In this document: piece by piece, positions 1 through 11,980 of the stretch
Numbering within the stretch: position 1 is the first letter of the stretch
Layout of the letters: every line of letters starts with the position of its first letter
Assembly: GCA_049724395.1 (NCBI GenBank)
Contig: JAUGWO010000145.1
Coordinates: 62,001 to 126,000 of the forward strand
Direction: 5' to 3'
DNA: 64,000 bases
Source: Spongospora subterranea f. sp. subterranea
Taxonomy: Eukaryota
Translations under genes and position numbers: made by a program
Notes under the pieces: generated by a model
Told to the model about the DNA's origin: nothing
Seen by the model: only the letters and a program-made list of their open reading frames with translations
Database searches by the model: none

Positions 1-591
1 GTGACCGTATAGTTGATGATGAAAGTACCTTGAGGGATCTCCCGAGTAAATACCTGCTGTCATTGCTGAAATTAATAGATCTGTTGTTTCAGGTCCTAAT
101 CTTTCTCTGAAAAAGTGATCAACGCTAATATCGCCTGATGTTGGAGCTTTTGGCCATAATAAGTCACGAATGGCATGTAAAGGCATTGCTTTAGTCAAAG
201 GTGACTTAAACATTTGTATCAACGATGATGGCAAAGGATGAATTTTTCCATCCATAGCGACAATATAACGCACGTTAGAGGCTTGAGATGCAGGAATGAT
301 TTTATCGGATAAACCCAATCGATCGCACAACTGCAGGGTCAATTGACCTATTCACGATGAATTAGACGCACGCTAAGGCATCACCAATGATCCACCTTTA
401 ATTCTGTTTAAGGAACGAGGACCAGTTTCGTAACGAGCGTCATCATACTTTGCAGTATGCAGCCATCCTCCTAATCGAGATGATTTCTCGCACAGCAGAA
501 TACGAGTGGCGGGAGCCAGTCGCTGGATTTCATGGCACAGCGTAAGGCCGGTAATCCCTCCGCCAACTATCAAAATCTTACGACTAGACAT
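1..591 (-). CDS. PPOX: Protoporphyrinogen oxidase, 5' part (spliced, runs off the window start)
   Basis: N-terminus ILIVGGGITGLT...LCEKSSRLGGWLHT...YETGPRSL matches the PPOX/HemY FAD-binding fingerprint; reverse-strand reading continues after a short intron (LCDRLGLSDKII...RYIVAMDGKIHPLPSS). Confidence 0.85.
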
Positions 592-859
592 TACAATCCC
601 TCGGGTTCAATGTTAGAACCGCATTCTTCGAGCTGTTATGTACGAATGACGTCGCGCGCTGCACTGAACCACAGATAGGATCTCAGGAAATCCCGCGACA
701 CGAGTGGGGGGCAGCGGACGAGGCCCGGCATTGCGCTGCCGTGCAAAGCATGCAAACAAGGTGATGATCTCGATTGACTGAGGGTGTATCATAACTGCTA
801 GCATTGGGGAGTATGTTACAGTACACTCATGCAATAAAGTGGGGGACGAAGGCGGATCT

Positions 860-2313
860 GCTCATTCCTCATTGTTGATGTGTTATACTATATTGGGTTT
901 GCGTCGTATTGATGCTGTCTATATATTATGGCCATTGACCAGCAGTAGGGTCTTGACCTCGGGCGCAATGCCTGTCAATCTGCTTAGGTGCGCCCTGAGA
1001 TTGGCTCGGATCGCCTCTTGGCGATCTTTTTCTTGGCGAAGTTGAAACAGTTCCAGGCGTTCATTTTTTACGTCCGACAATCCATTTATATGGGCCATCT
1101 GGTGGAGTTTTAGTATCCTTTCGCATTGTGACACTTGAGTCTGGAATCTCGATGTGACCTGTTTCCCCTTCAGAATCATCGCTAACAGATATTGGCTTCG
1201 AGTACGGCTTTCCGACTGTAGCGATCTACGCAATGTGCTGACAAATCGTTGCATCTGATTGTCACCGATACAACTTTTCAGCTCTATCAATTATACACCG
1301 AACGATGCTGAACGCAATTACCTTTGAAATTTCACTTTTCAAACCCTCGTTTCTTTCGCGACCAACTTGTTTATAGGATACTAGATCGACTCGAGCTGAT
1401 TCGCATTGCTTTTTTAATTGCATTTGTTTGATTTCACTTTTCGCAATGTTTCCTGAAATAACGGTGTCACGTTCCATCATTGCTATGAATTCAGCAGTTC
1501 GGTCTTCGTTAGAATTAACGTAATCTGCATGCCGACCGGCGAATTCCTCTTCACAAGATTCTGAAACACCGTCAAAGATTTACTCAACAAGAGACCACGC
1601 AATTATGGAGATTACCTAGCTGCGAACGCAATGTCAATCGGAGTGTTGTTAATCTTTCCTGGTCCTTGGCGATTTCTCTGGCCTGCATGAACTCGGTTTC
1701 GGCAATAGACGCCGCCTCATGAGAGCGGCGTTGAAGTTTCTCGATACTTTTCTTATCGTCTTCCGTCAACTTGAGAGCTGCTAATCGTATCTGATCACGA
1801 CTCTTGGGCTAGCTCTTTCACCATTTTTTCTTTCACCATCGTTAGCTCCCTTGTGCACTTTAAAGTATTGCGTTGAAACAGTCGAAGCAGCTCAGAAATT
1901 TGATAATCTATATGATTATGCCGAATCAAAAATACTCGCGACATCTCCTGAAGATCGCCGACAGCACCGTTTTGAATTTCACCCCATCGAGAGTACTGCT
2001 CTCGCAATTCTCTCATTTTCTGTTCTGCCTCATTAAGGTAATTGACGCGCGAAATCTCTTTCATTTCTTCTATGAGGCGAGAAAATACCGCTGTTGGTGA
2101 TATCGCCTCAATTGTCGACTCAATCTCTAGCTGCCTTTCTTTACGCAAAGCCATCATTTGTTTGATCTCTTCGACAAAACTCGGGGTTTCTGTGTCTTTG
2201 GTGTTTCCATCTTTTTCTATCAATCTTGTTGGGAAATCTCCAGGCTCGATATCTGATTCGTTAATGCCCATGCCTTTCACAAACTTTCCAACACTGGCGC
2301 CGCCCTTTCCCAT
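860..2313 (-). CDS. Coiled-coil protein of unknown function (multi-exon)
   Basis: Consecutive minus-strand ORFs (1795-2331, 1584-1769, 1262-1480, 919-1290) rich in E/K/Q/R/L heptads and separated by intron-sized gaps; 3' end uncertain. Confidence 0.55.
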
Positions 2314-2488
2314 AGCGTCAAGCTGACGCACTCAAAAACTAGCAATCTATACAGGATATTTTCCATAAGAAACACGCCCGAGGATATTTCGTCATATCAC
2401 CATATAGATCTGTATTAGCCAGATTTTTTCTGGATAAAATGTCAAAATTAGTGCAAATATTATGTATATTCTATTCTCAGCTACAAAC

Positions 2489-3537
2489 TTAAATTGCATC
2501 AGAACAACTGGGTGCTGTAACTTCAATTTGTGATTTGATCATGGCGTCAGTGGCGGCGCGAAATCTGAATTCGTGATAGTTGGAATATATTCCAGGAGGG
2601 ATTACGCTTACACCAGCGACGTTCTAGGAACATGAACACAGATTGAATGGAAAACGGGCCGGACGATGAATACCGGATAGGTTACCTTGACAACCTGTAT
2701 CGCCACAACGACGTCAGGATTCTTCAAGTTAACTGGGCGTGTCACCGGGATAACACATGCAGCTACCTTGTGGATCGTATCCATTCGCTTCATGGTGTCA
2801 TTGCATCGGTGTTCATATTTGCAAGAATACTGACGGGCAGAATTTTAAACTGAAGCAAATCGATGGCCCATAAAAATGCTTACAGACGCATCGCCGGGAA
2901 TATTGGCAAATCTTTCAGTGATGAACTGAGGAGCGACTTCGTCAAGGTCGGCGGTGCTTGCCCTGAATATATATTGCAAAGGAATAATACGTTCGACGAA
3001 CCTTGAAACATCAAATGAGCATATTATAAAAATTCGTTGCTTAAACGACGATACCGGGTCAAGGAATGCTGACTCGTATTTAGACGGTCGAAAACCGCAA
3101 CAACAAGATCAACTGCATCGATGCTGGCATCGACAATTTGGATCAGTACAATACCGGCGACGCCACCGGCATCAAGCTGAATTAACTTTGCCGCCTCTGA
3201 GCAAAAATCGAATAAGTGCTCGATCATTCCATTCTGATAATCGAGTACTAGCGTCGGTCTTCAGCTCCCGTTTTTCACGCTCCAGCGCTTCGCTAATGGA
3301 TTCACATTGCGTCACGGGAGATACGTCGTTTTTTGGCACTTCTTCCGGATTTGAAGAGAGACCATCTAGGGCATCGGAGAGCAGGTCGTATGTCTCTCTG
3401 AAGCAGCGTTTTTCCTGTGTCCGCTGACACGTGATCAGAATTCCTTGCATCCCGCGCGAGGCAGCTAATAAATACGACGGCCGTGGGTGCTTGCCGGATC
3501 TAGAACCCTGTAGATATTGCGACTTGTTTTTCCCCAT
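2489..3537 (-). CDS. THUMPD1: THUMP-domain protein (tRNA acetyltransferase adaptor Tan1/THUMPD1)
   Basis: GMQGILITCQRTQEKRCFRETYDLL N-terminal motif and VNLKNPDVVVAIQVVK THUMP motif, joined by short introns. Confidence 0.85.
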
Positions 3538-4213
3538 CAGTATCGATTCAACGTCAAATGTGGTGTGTAATCGTGAGCTGCCAAGGGCTACGAACGGGAT
3601 TGTCGTTCGGCGGTGTCCGTGACGGCCTACGGCCTACCCCAACTGAAACATAGTGTTCTGACCCAGGATTTTTCTACATTAGAAGTTTGAACGCTAATTT
3701 CTCGCGACAATGCTCTATATTTTTGATTCAATAGTAATCAAATATTCAATAAAAGCGATTCGAAAACGCGCCAATCGACTGCGGTCACATCGCGTCAAAA
3801 TTCTTGACAACAGACTCGTCTACAGCCGGTGTGTCTAATTCTTGTTAGACATTCCACCGAAAAAGCCTTAACCTGTTTATGATCATATTTGCTGGTTTTC
3901 AACAGCTTCCATGTTGGTCACTTCACCCCGTTATTTTTTTTTGTGAAAATCTACATTTATCAATTCACAATTTTTTAAGACTTGCAAAAAAAAAAGCATT
4001 GTTTGGGGGGTTTAGGAAGTCCACCACGTATAGTTTGAATGCGCTCCTTTACAGGATGAAGTTGCATGCTCAAATATGGTGTATTGGACAAACCAGTCAG
4101 TGAATTCAACTGTGATGAACTGATGAGTCAGTTTGTTGGGTAAAGTGAGTCAACAGCGGTTTCTATAAATTGCGAACTGTTGCTTTAAGGGGACGATCAT
4201 AGTAATTTAACCA

Positions 4214-4978
4214 ATGATGCAGATATCCAATCTATTGTTGCCTTGTGCTATATTAATCGTGACGATCTATTTCAGTGCTGTCGACGCTAGAGTATTCTCC
4301 TGTGATAATAGTACACTATTGTATTCAGTAAAAAATCCTGATGATGAATCACCAATGGTAATCTTCCAGAACAACAATATCACAAGGGTGTTCTACCAAG
4401 ATCAGCAAACAGGTTTGAAACCAAACAACCGAAAACGGTTCTGTTTATTGAAAAATTGGACGAACAGGTTTTTGGGATAAGGAAGCGGAACCAAACCAAC
4501 ACGATAAGACCTGTGATTTTCGGGTAATTACAACTCCAGTTGAGAATCATTGCTTGAGCACGACCGAGGGGTTATCAGCAGATTCGGGTTTGAAGCTTTG
4601 CGCTGACGATAAGGTAAAAGGCCCACGAGACGTTGTTGCCGAACATATGGTCTTGGTTGCCTGTAGTACTGAAGAGAGCGCGTTCGCCAAAGTCGTTAAC
4701 CCAGAAGGTACAGACGCTCTCTTATATCGGTATTTATCGCCTTGCATCGAATGTGTGGAATCATAGGCGGAACTCACTTCCTTGCCGCGTTCCATACGAT
4801 GTCACAGCTCGAGTCGGCTGAACAATGGCACCCTTCTAACATGTCGGCAACGATCGAGGCGTTTATGAAAAAGGCGACATGCGATGAAGCCTATGCGCCT
4901 ACAACAAGCTCAGCTATTGCTATATCTCCCATGCTCATCATCTACCTGATAAGCCTCGTCCATTTTATTAAACTCTAG
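4214..4978 (+). CDS. Small secreted Cys-containing protein with probable GPI-anchor signal (multi-exon)
   Basis: Signal peptide MMQISNLLLPCAILIVTIYFSAVDA, scattered cysteines, C-terminal SSAIAISPMLIIYLISLVHFIKL; ORF pieces linked by GT-AG introns. Confidence 0.65.
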
Positions 4979-5149
4979 ATCGTACAGTTTCAATGGGGAA
5001 AGCCGATCAAGAAGATTTGTATGATTATATATTGGGGGTTGTACTTGAAAGGCAAGTCTTTCAAACCCGGGACAATGCAGATTTAAAAACAAAGACAATG
5101 TGCTGATCGAAGTGATTGATTAGGTAACAAATCCAGCAGAGAATGTTGA

Positions 5150-6068
5150 CATCGCTAGCTCGGTCGAGCTGGCTTGGTATTGGAATCGGCGACTAGTGTC
5201 ACACTCCCCATCCACGATGATGATAATACTTGACAACTGTCGTCATCTGATCCGCCTTCCTCACAACAAGCACCGTCTGAGAAACCAAGGTGAACCCACG
5301 CTCATGCTGGTGTCTAAACTGACTGGAAAAGATAACGGACCTTCCATATCCATCATTGATGCTATTGGAGTTTGTAACTCGGACGCCGCCGAATGTAAAC
5401 TGCTGACAGCCCCGGCGGCAAAGAAAACTAATCTGCTCTTTTTCCTGTTGATAAAGAAGAAATTACAGCTAAACAGTTTGCCTTTGGTGAAAACGTCGAG
5501 GTCCAGATTTGACTCATATCGATAGACGTCTGCTGCGTTTAGGTCCATGAACTCATCAACCGTATGCCAGAAAGACGCTTTCAGTCCAGGAACCTCCTTC
5601 TCAACCGGATCCAGCACATGCATATTGATAGCCCTCGACGCCTCGCTCAGGGAGACGGGCTTGAAATTGTCAGGAGACGCGTCGCGGAAATCATAATCAA
5701 TAAAGGATTGGTTCATGACCGAAATTAATTGAGAAAACAGCTTCCTGGTTGATGGCAACTTCATTGATCCTAAAGGTGAATTGCACTGGCCTCTGCCCAC
5801 ACCATCATCATTGTATTTTCGCGAAATCTCACTTAAGAGCTTTTTATCCTCTTTGTATGGGCGGCTGCAAAGAGAAACAACTCAGATTCAGTTTCAAAAC
5901 GATCACATTGAACGACAAAACATGTAGAAAAACAAGTTGAGAGAGCGGAAACTGGTAAGTATACCATGTGTAAGCCTCGAGGCGGGCATTAAGTATACGA
6001 TCGCCAAGATCAAGGCAGTTTAACCGCTCGTTGATATCCTCTAGTTCTGGCACATCTAGAAATTTCAT
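5150..6068 (-). CDS. MAF1: Repressor of RNA polymerase III transcription Maf1
   Basis: MKFLDVPELEDIN...ARLEAYT (box A), RKLFSQLISVMNQSFIDYDF (box B), DVYRY...LFSCNFFFINRKKSRLVFF (box C); 3' end approximate. Confidence 0.92.
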
Positions 6069-6240
6069 GTACCGCTATACAACGAGCCCCCGTGCTTCGG
6101 CGATCGCCCAAATCGATATCCGCCGAAGATGATCTCCCAAAAGCGCTAAGCGATAATCAATGATCGAGAGCGATTAAGGGTATAGTGGGTAGCAGACGGG
6201 GGTTGCGGTGGTGTAGCAGTGGTATATAAGGGCACCAGAC

Positions 6241-7150
6241 ATGGGGACTGACGAGGACACTACCCCGTGACTGGGACATCCAGGAGGCCGGGCCCGATCT
6301 CGATCTGTCTCCAGTACTTATTGTGTGGGCACGTTACGATACTGGCGCCAGGTGAACAACGCTACGACGGCAACAGCACCCAAGTCAATGTACAAACCAT
6401 GCCTGGAATTCAAAGACGCTTCACCCAGTGTTCTATTGAGATGCTTGCGATCACAGGTTGATATTGGATTGCATATCATCCTCAAAGTAAGGCTCAGGGT
6501 GCGTTTGGTGTTCTGTATTTTTGGCGGATAACGCAACCGATACGTGTTTCTTAGTGTCAAAAAGTTACGTTGTTTGGATGCGAGGTCATTGTCTGTCCGC
6601 CAGCGTTGAAACGCTGGTAAAATCTCAAGTTTCTTATTTTATCCAAAGAGTGAGCACAGTTCTATTGGTAGTCCGATCAGTTTATCAGACATGCGTGATT
6701 CATAATCGATCGATTTTTGAAATGTTAACAGCAAGGCTTTTTTGGCGTACATAGCCCACTTTTGTCAACTCTTGATTTGCGTTCTTCCCAACTCAGACAC
6801 CTCTATGATTCTCATCATTGCAAGTGTAGTTGCACGTCGCCCCGTCTTTTGATTGTGGATTGAAACGAATAACTTCTGAACACCATTTATGAATCAACTA
6901 GTGGCATAGTGAACCACCGCCAATCGGTAAGGCACTGCTTCTTGATTCTCTGTCACCTGAAATATTCATTGCGATTAAATATTCCATACGCAGATGGGCA
7001 GAACGGACCATGAGAAGTTCTATACTGTATCAGACTTCTCCAGTGACTCAAACTGTGATTCAGAGAACACGATCGGAAGGGGCGGATATGCGAGTAAACG
7101 ATTCAAGATGCATTCGAGTGCCAGTACCGTTAAACGGTCTCAGACGGGGT
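6241..7150 (+). CDS. Hypothetical spliced protein
   Basis: ATG at 6241 downstream of TATATAA; a plausible GT..CAG intron joins MGTDEDTTP to TYCVGTLRYWRQ...HIILK; later exons uncertain. Confidence 0.35.
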
Positions 7151-7214
7151 GATATATGAATATGAGTTTATCAATAAATATGGGTGAAATATAGTTAGAT
7201 GTTTTCATGAGATA

Positions 7215-9450
7215 TCAAATTGCATCGTTGAGTACGGTTTTGATATCGTATACGAGCATTGGTGTAACGATCTCAAACGGTCGAAGTGGTGGGAAATGCT
7301 GGGACTGCAGCTCTTGCGCTTTTTTTTGCATCTGGGAGAATTCTTCAATCGCCACTTTTGCATACTTCATTTCCTTGGTAGGACCATCTGCGATCATCTT
7401 CACATAGACTAATGCGTTCATCCACAGAACGGTATCGGCCGCCTCTTCGTCGGGATTACATCGACACCGTATCAGGACAAGGTTGCAGACATCCAATAGT
7501 TTAGTGGCATCGCGCTCTTTAGTTAAACGCATTACTCTTTCTAAGGACGTCTCAGGGCTGTTTAACGACTGTGAATAATCCTCTTCTTTGTAATGGGATT
7601 CTGATGATCCTGATAGCGATTTTGCAAAAAACCCAATGATGCTGGCAAAAAACCCCTTTTGCGAGATAGTTTCAGGAGGGCGGCTGTGAACTACCCTGGA
7701 TGAACCACGACGGATTTTGAATACCAGAATGGCATGAAAAGACTCGCGAACAAGACGGTGCCAATGCAGAAACAACTTGAAGAAGTAAGTTTCAAAGAGT
7801 AATACTTGGACGATATATTGCCTTCTTTGCGTGTTGTATCTGCTTAAATGCGAATGGATGAAGCATAAGGTCTTGATCAAAACCTGAAAGTCTTCGCTCT
7901 GTAATAAAATGTTCAGAGCTATTTGCAACTCTTCGAAACAGAACATGGCAGGAAACCGATGACATTCAGCATTCTCGGAATCCTCCAGCATAGGATCTTC
8001 TGAAGCCCAAGCGTTGATAAGTGTATCGATCCTGAAGCACATGAATCATGGTCAGAGACATGTTATCCAAAATGCATGTCATATTACATATCTAAACAGG
8101 TATTGACGCGAGCTCGATCGTAGACTGGGGTTGCATTCAGGACAGATCGTATACAAAGGGAAAGCAAATCGTCTGGTTTCGCAAATCCCGCTACATCAAT
8201 TAGCTGAAATCTTTGAATGTGAGGTGGCCGGAAATTTAATTGCGCTTGCAAAGATATGAAAGCAAGCAACGCCTGCCTTGCAATAATGGTGTACGAATCA
8301 AGTAGGCAATAAATTGTCGGCCCCGCGCCAACAACATTCAGGTCAAGCTGCCTGAAAAGTTCATTCACGAAAGCAAGGTAATACGTGTGTGGTTCTTGCG
8401 ATGCAAATTTTCGAAGGCCGACGATAGCCTGGGCGTCCGTAATAACGACATCAGTCATGGTTGCATCAGTCAAGGATGTAGAAATATTCAGTTCCCATTC
8501 TGGAGGATGTTGCAGTAAAGTATACACGCTTGCCTGACTTTGACGAAGATGATAACGTGGACTCGTCCGACTTTCATCAAATTCCTTGATCAATGATGCG
8601 TCCACGGGAGACAGCTGAGCGCACGTATACAGCACAAAGGCTTCTAGAATTATGCAGCGAGCTTGGGGTAGACGCAGATAAAGTATTGAAAGAGACCTCA
8701 AACAGAACTGATGGCGCGTGCGAGTATCAGCAGGCTTCAAAATTTGCTGTTTGACATATGCTGAAATTGACTTGTGAAATCAATCCACAAACGATAATGA
8801 GAATAACTTACCCCAAAACCGGATCAACAGCGAAAAATATAGCGGAAAAACAGGTTTGGCGAGTTTAACTGCCCCCGAATGACAGAACAGTCTGAGTTCA
8901 GATCGTTCGCAAATGCGAATGAGCAAATCACTCAATAGATCACGTTTAACACCAAAGGACTTCTGAAGAACATCAATCAGTATGTTGCCGATCCGAAGAC
9001 AGCACGTTGCGCCTGTGACCCAGTCGTGGTCGTTCCGATACGAGAACCCTCTGGCTTCTAATTGAGTCTTGATATCCTCGAGCATGCGAATCTGAGTGAC
9101 AAGAGATCTGGCATGTTCTATCTGGGTGACAAGCCTTGCGAAATGGGGAGACCACGGTTCCAGTTCAGCGAACGTAAAGGCGTTGGCTTCACCAGGCTGG
9201 GCGTATTTCGGTACGGTATCACTCAAAACGGCCATCAGAGACGAAACCGACCAAGTGACGTTTGACTATGTCTATAATAACCCCTTGGTACAGGAGGGCG
9301 TGATGTACATTTCGTCTTGCCAGAATCGGGGACGAAAAGTATGAAAGCCAGCAATCGAAGCCAGACAACCGCACAACAAGCCGCGGCCGATTCGATTCCC
9401 CAAATCACGCGGGATCAACTTATAAGAGTGATATTTGTTGAAGCCATTCA
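7215..9450 (-). CDS. DUF1765-like helical protein (multi-exon)
   Basis: Long minus-strand ORFs 7215-8042, 8084-8740 and 8780-9235 separated by intron-sized gaps; motif KTLCFIHSH...FFKLFLHWHRLVRESFHAILVFK resembles DUF1765 proteins; start uncertain. Confidence 0.6.
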
Positions 9451-10015
9451 GCGCTATTTCACGAAGTGAATATACACTCAAGTGTCATCATGAGTAGAGT
9501 CGCCGGTAACTGATCCGCCGAATCAACTGACTCGGCTCGTAAACGTGCACTGTCTCTGTTTGGGCCGTTGTCAGTCGTCAGGGCCCCCGTCCGCCACCGT
9601 TACCGGTTACGACATACGCTGCGGACATGACCAAATCGGGTCTCGGTGGGTTTGAAGCAACCAACGATGTCAAATGTTGACATTGACATCTTATTTTGGA
9701 TCCGGATTGATTTTCGGCGGTCTGAGAATCCGATTTTACTGTTTTAGGTGAACCCGCCACATTTATGACCGCGGAAGCTGGTCACCAAACGCAATCAGTA
9801 TTCCGGATTGTGCTGCTTTTCAAAAAATCGGTCACTTTCGGGAACAGATTCTCAGTGTACTATTAGGGTTGGCCGATATACACTTGAGCCGAAAAATCGG
9901 AGACCATCCACTTTCCACATGCTCAATGTCAGTCAAACGATATTGGCCGGCCTCGGTCGAAAGAAAACGTGACACGCTTTAGTCATAACTCAATTGAGCA
10001 TCAACCGTCAATATC

Positions 10016-10807
10016 ATGTCGTCAATGTTTTTCTCTCACTTTACGAAGTTCGCCGTGATTTTCCTGAGCATCACGGGGTTGGCAACAGCATTAGGAATGC
10101 CAGGTAATTCCAGTGACTTGCAAACGAAAAAGGGGACAGGCGAAAGGGGTGGAATGGGAAGAGATGTGGGGTCAAGTTCGCCATCGACACCTGGCAGTCT
10201 CGCTTCACCTGTGCGACAGGAACAGTCCACCTTAAGAAACCAGACAATGCCAGAGCAGCCTGATCAAGCAGACAACCAAAGAGCGCCAGCGACGAACATC
10301 ACTAACTCTTCGAATGCGAATGAAGTAATGCCAGCGAGGAGCATCACTAACGCTACGAATTCGATGAACAATACCACGCCTGTGTATACAACTGGCGGAG
10401 AACAGTCCATTTCAAAAAACCAGACAACGCCAAAGCAATTTGATGAAGACGAAGTAATACCAGCGAGGAGCATCACGAACGCTACGAGTTCGATGAACAA
10501 TACCACGCCTCTGTATACAACTGGTGGAGAACAGTCCACCTCAAAAAACCAGACAATGCCAAAACAATTTGATGAAGAAGCAGATGAAATATTGCCAGCG
10601 ACGAACACTAATGCTACGAGTGCGATGAACAATACCAGGCCTTTGAATATAACTGGTAACACAACAGATGTAATGTCTTTCCCAGGAGAGAACAACACTA
10701 CATCGGCGGTGCAAACAAAAGGAAAGGCACCGGTTAACGGAGACCAAGCGATGATGAATGCAAGATGGATGCTTGCTGCACTTGTAGGTCTTACTGTGTT
10801 GCTGTGA
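10016..10807 (+). CDS. Secreted, probably GPI-anchored mucin-like glycoprotein with internal 43-aa repeats
   Basis: Signal peptide (FAVIFLSITGLATA), many N-x-S/T sequons, duplicated EV(M/I)PARSITNAT..MNNTTP.YTTGGEQS.SKNQT.PKQFDE unit, hydrophobic C-terminus WMLAALVGLTVLL. Confidence 0.8.
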   Translation: MSSMFFSHFTKFAVIFLSITGLATALGMPGNSSDLQTKKGTGERGGMGRDVGSSSPSTPGSLASPVRQEQSTLRNQTMPEQPDQADNQRAPATNITNSSNANEVMPARSITNATNSMNNTTPVYTTGGEQSISKNQTTPKQFDEDEVIPARSITNATSSMNNTTPLYTTGGEQSTSKNQTMPKQFDEEADEILPATNTNATSAMNNTRPLNITGNTTDVMSFPGENNTTSAVQTKGKAPVNGDQAMMNARWMLAALVGLTVLL

Positions 10808-10948
10808 AAAAGCTCAACAAAGAGTGTAGTGACAATCAACATCACCCTGTATTATTAAACTCCAAAACCAAAATGCCGACAAAAACGATTTTATTTGATA
10901 AAATTGAGGTAGCGTGCCACAGCTTTTAAGGAGAAACAATATGAGACA

Positions 10949-11980
10949 TCAAGCCCTCTCATATCCAATTGCCGTCGCCTTATTTCTAATGAACGCTGGT
11001 GGAAGACCGGCATCTAACCCAACCGTCCCAGAATAGAACAACTGAGGACCAATTGCAACAGGTGCCTCATAACGAGGTGATGGCGACTGCAACCCGTTGC
11101 TGTATAAAGCCGAAGTACGCGCTGCATTTACCGGAGAAGGTGCTGAGCGACGAATACCATACGCTGACGAGGATGGAACTATCTGAGGAGTGTTGATTGC
11201 AGTGCTGGATCGCATGGTTGACTTATATAAGCCAGGAGGGGAAACCGATAATGTTGGCGATGGAGATGGCGTCCATGATGGCGCAAGCGTAGTACGGATA
11301 ACGCCAGGGGACGTTGTAGCGTTACGGGTACAGTTGGGGGTAACGGGAGCAACAGTAGTCGGTGGGGGTGAGGGTGGGGGTGTGGGTGGTGGTGTGGGTT
11401 TTGGAGTGGGTTTTGGAGCGATAACGGGTGGTGGAGGCGGCACTGTTACGTTGTAGGTTGGGGATGGACTAGGTTTGGGTTTGGGAGCAGGTGTGGAAGG
11501 TATGGGAGGAGGAGCAGGAGCTGGAGTATGTGGTACCTTGATCGGGTGGGGCGGCGGTGGGGGCCTGACAGGTGCCGGTGTGGGAGCGGGAGTAGGAGCT
11601 GGGGTGGGCGGCTCAGGGAGGAGATCAGTACCCATGGACACAGTGAAGTGGGGTGTCGGGGGTGGAGTTGCCACTGGAATGGGGCAAGCGCAACCGCTCA
11701 TTGACATCAACGATACGATATTGTCAGTGATTGTGTAAAGTCCATGACACAAGGTCTCATTTCGTAATAGCGAGTTATCACAAACATTCCTCATCATATC
11801 CAAAAACGACGCCGTTTTCTGTATATCCTCACACCGGATTGAGCGAGATATGGTTTTACCGCATAATGCCTCGTTGCACATCTGTGCAATCGGGCCAGTT
11901 GGGAGCTGAGGTTGGCCGAAAGCAACATAGCTACTTGCAATCAGACCGATCAAGCTGATCACATGAAGCAAAACGGTCAT
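10949..11980 (-). CDS. Secreted Pro/Thr-rich extensin/mucin-like protein with N-terminal Cys-rich domain
   Basis: Signal peptide MTVLLHVISLIGLIASSYVAFG, ~70-aa region with 7 Cys, then PTPAP/PKPTP repeats; single 343-aa ORF. Confidence 0.8.
   Translation of the reverse strand: MTVLLHVISLIGLIASSYVAFGQPQLPTGPIAQMCNEALCGKTISRSIRCEDIQKTASFLDMMRNVCDNSLLRNETLCHGLYTITDNIVSLMSMSGCACPIPVATPPPTPHFTVSMGTDLLPEPPTPAPTPAPTPAPVRPPPPPHPIKVPHTPAPAPPPIPSTPAPKPKPSPSPTYNVTVPPPPPVIAPKPTPKPTPPPTPPPSPPPTTVAPVTPNCTRNATTSPGVIRTTLAPSWTPSPSPTLSVSPPGLYKSTMRSSTAINTPQIVPSSSAYGIRRSAPSPVNAARTSALYSNGLQSPSPRYEAPVAIGPQLFYSGTVGLDAGLPPAFIRNKATAIGYERA

Noticed and set aside
10264..10845. 193-aa hydrophobic minus-strand ORF
   Set aside because: Antisense shadow of the Asn/Thr-rich repeat gene, which has signal peptide and GPI-like tail.
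11190..11738. Gly-rich plus-strand ORFs
   Set aside because: Antisense shadows of the Pro-rich secreted gene.
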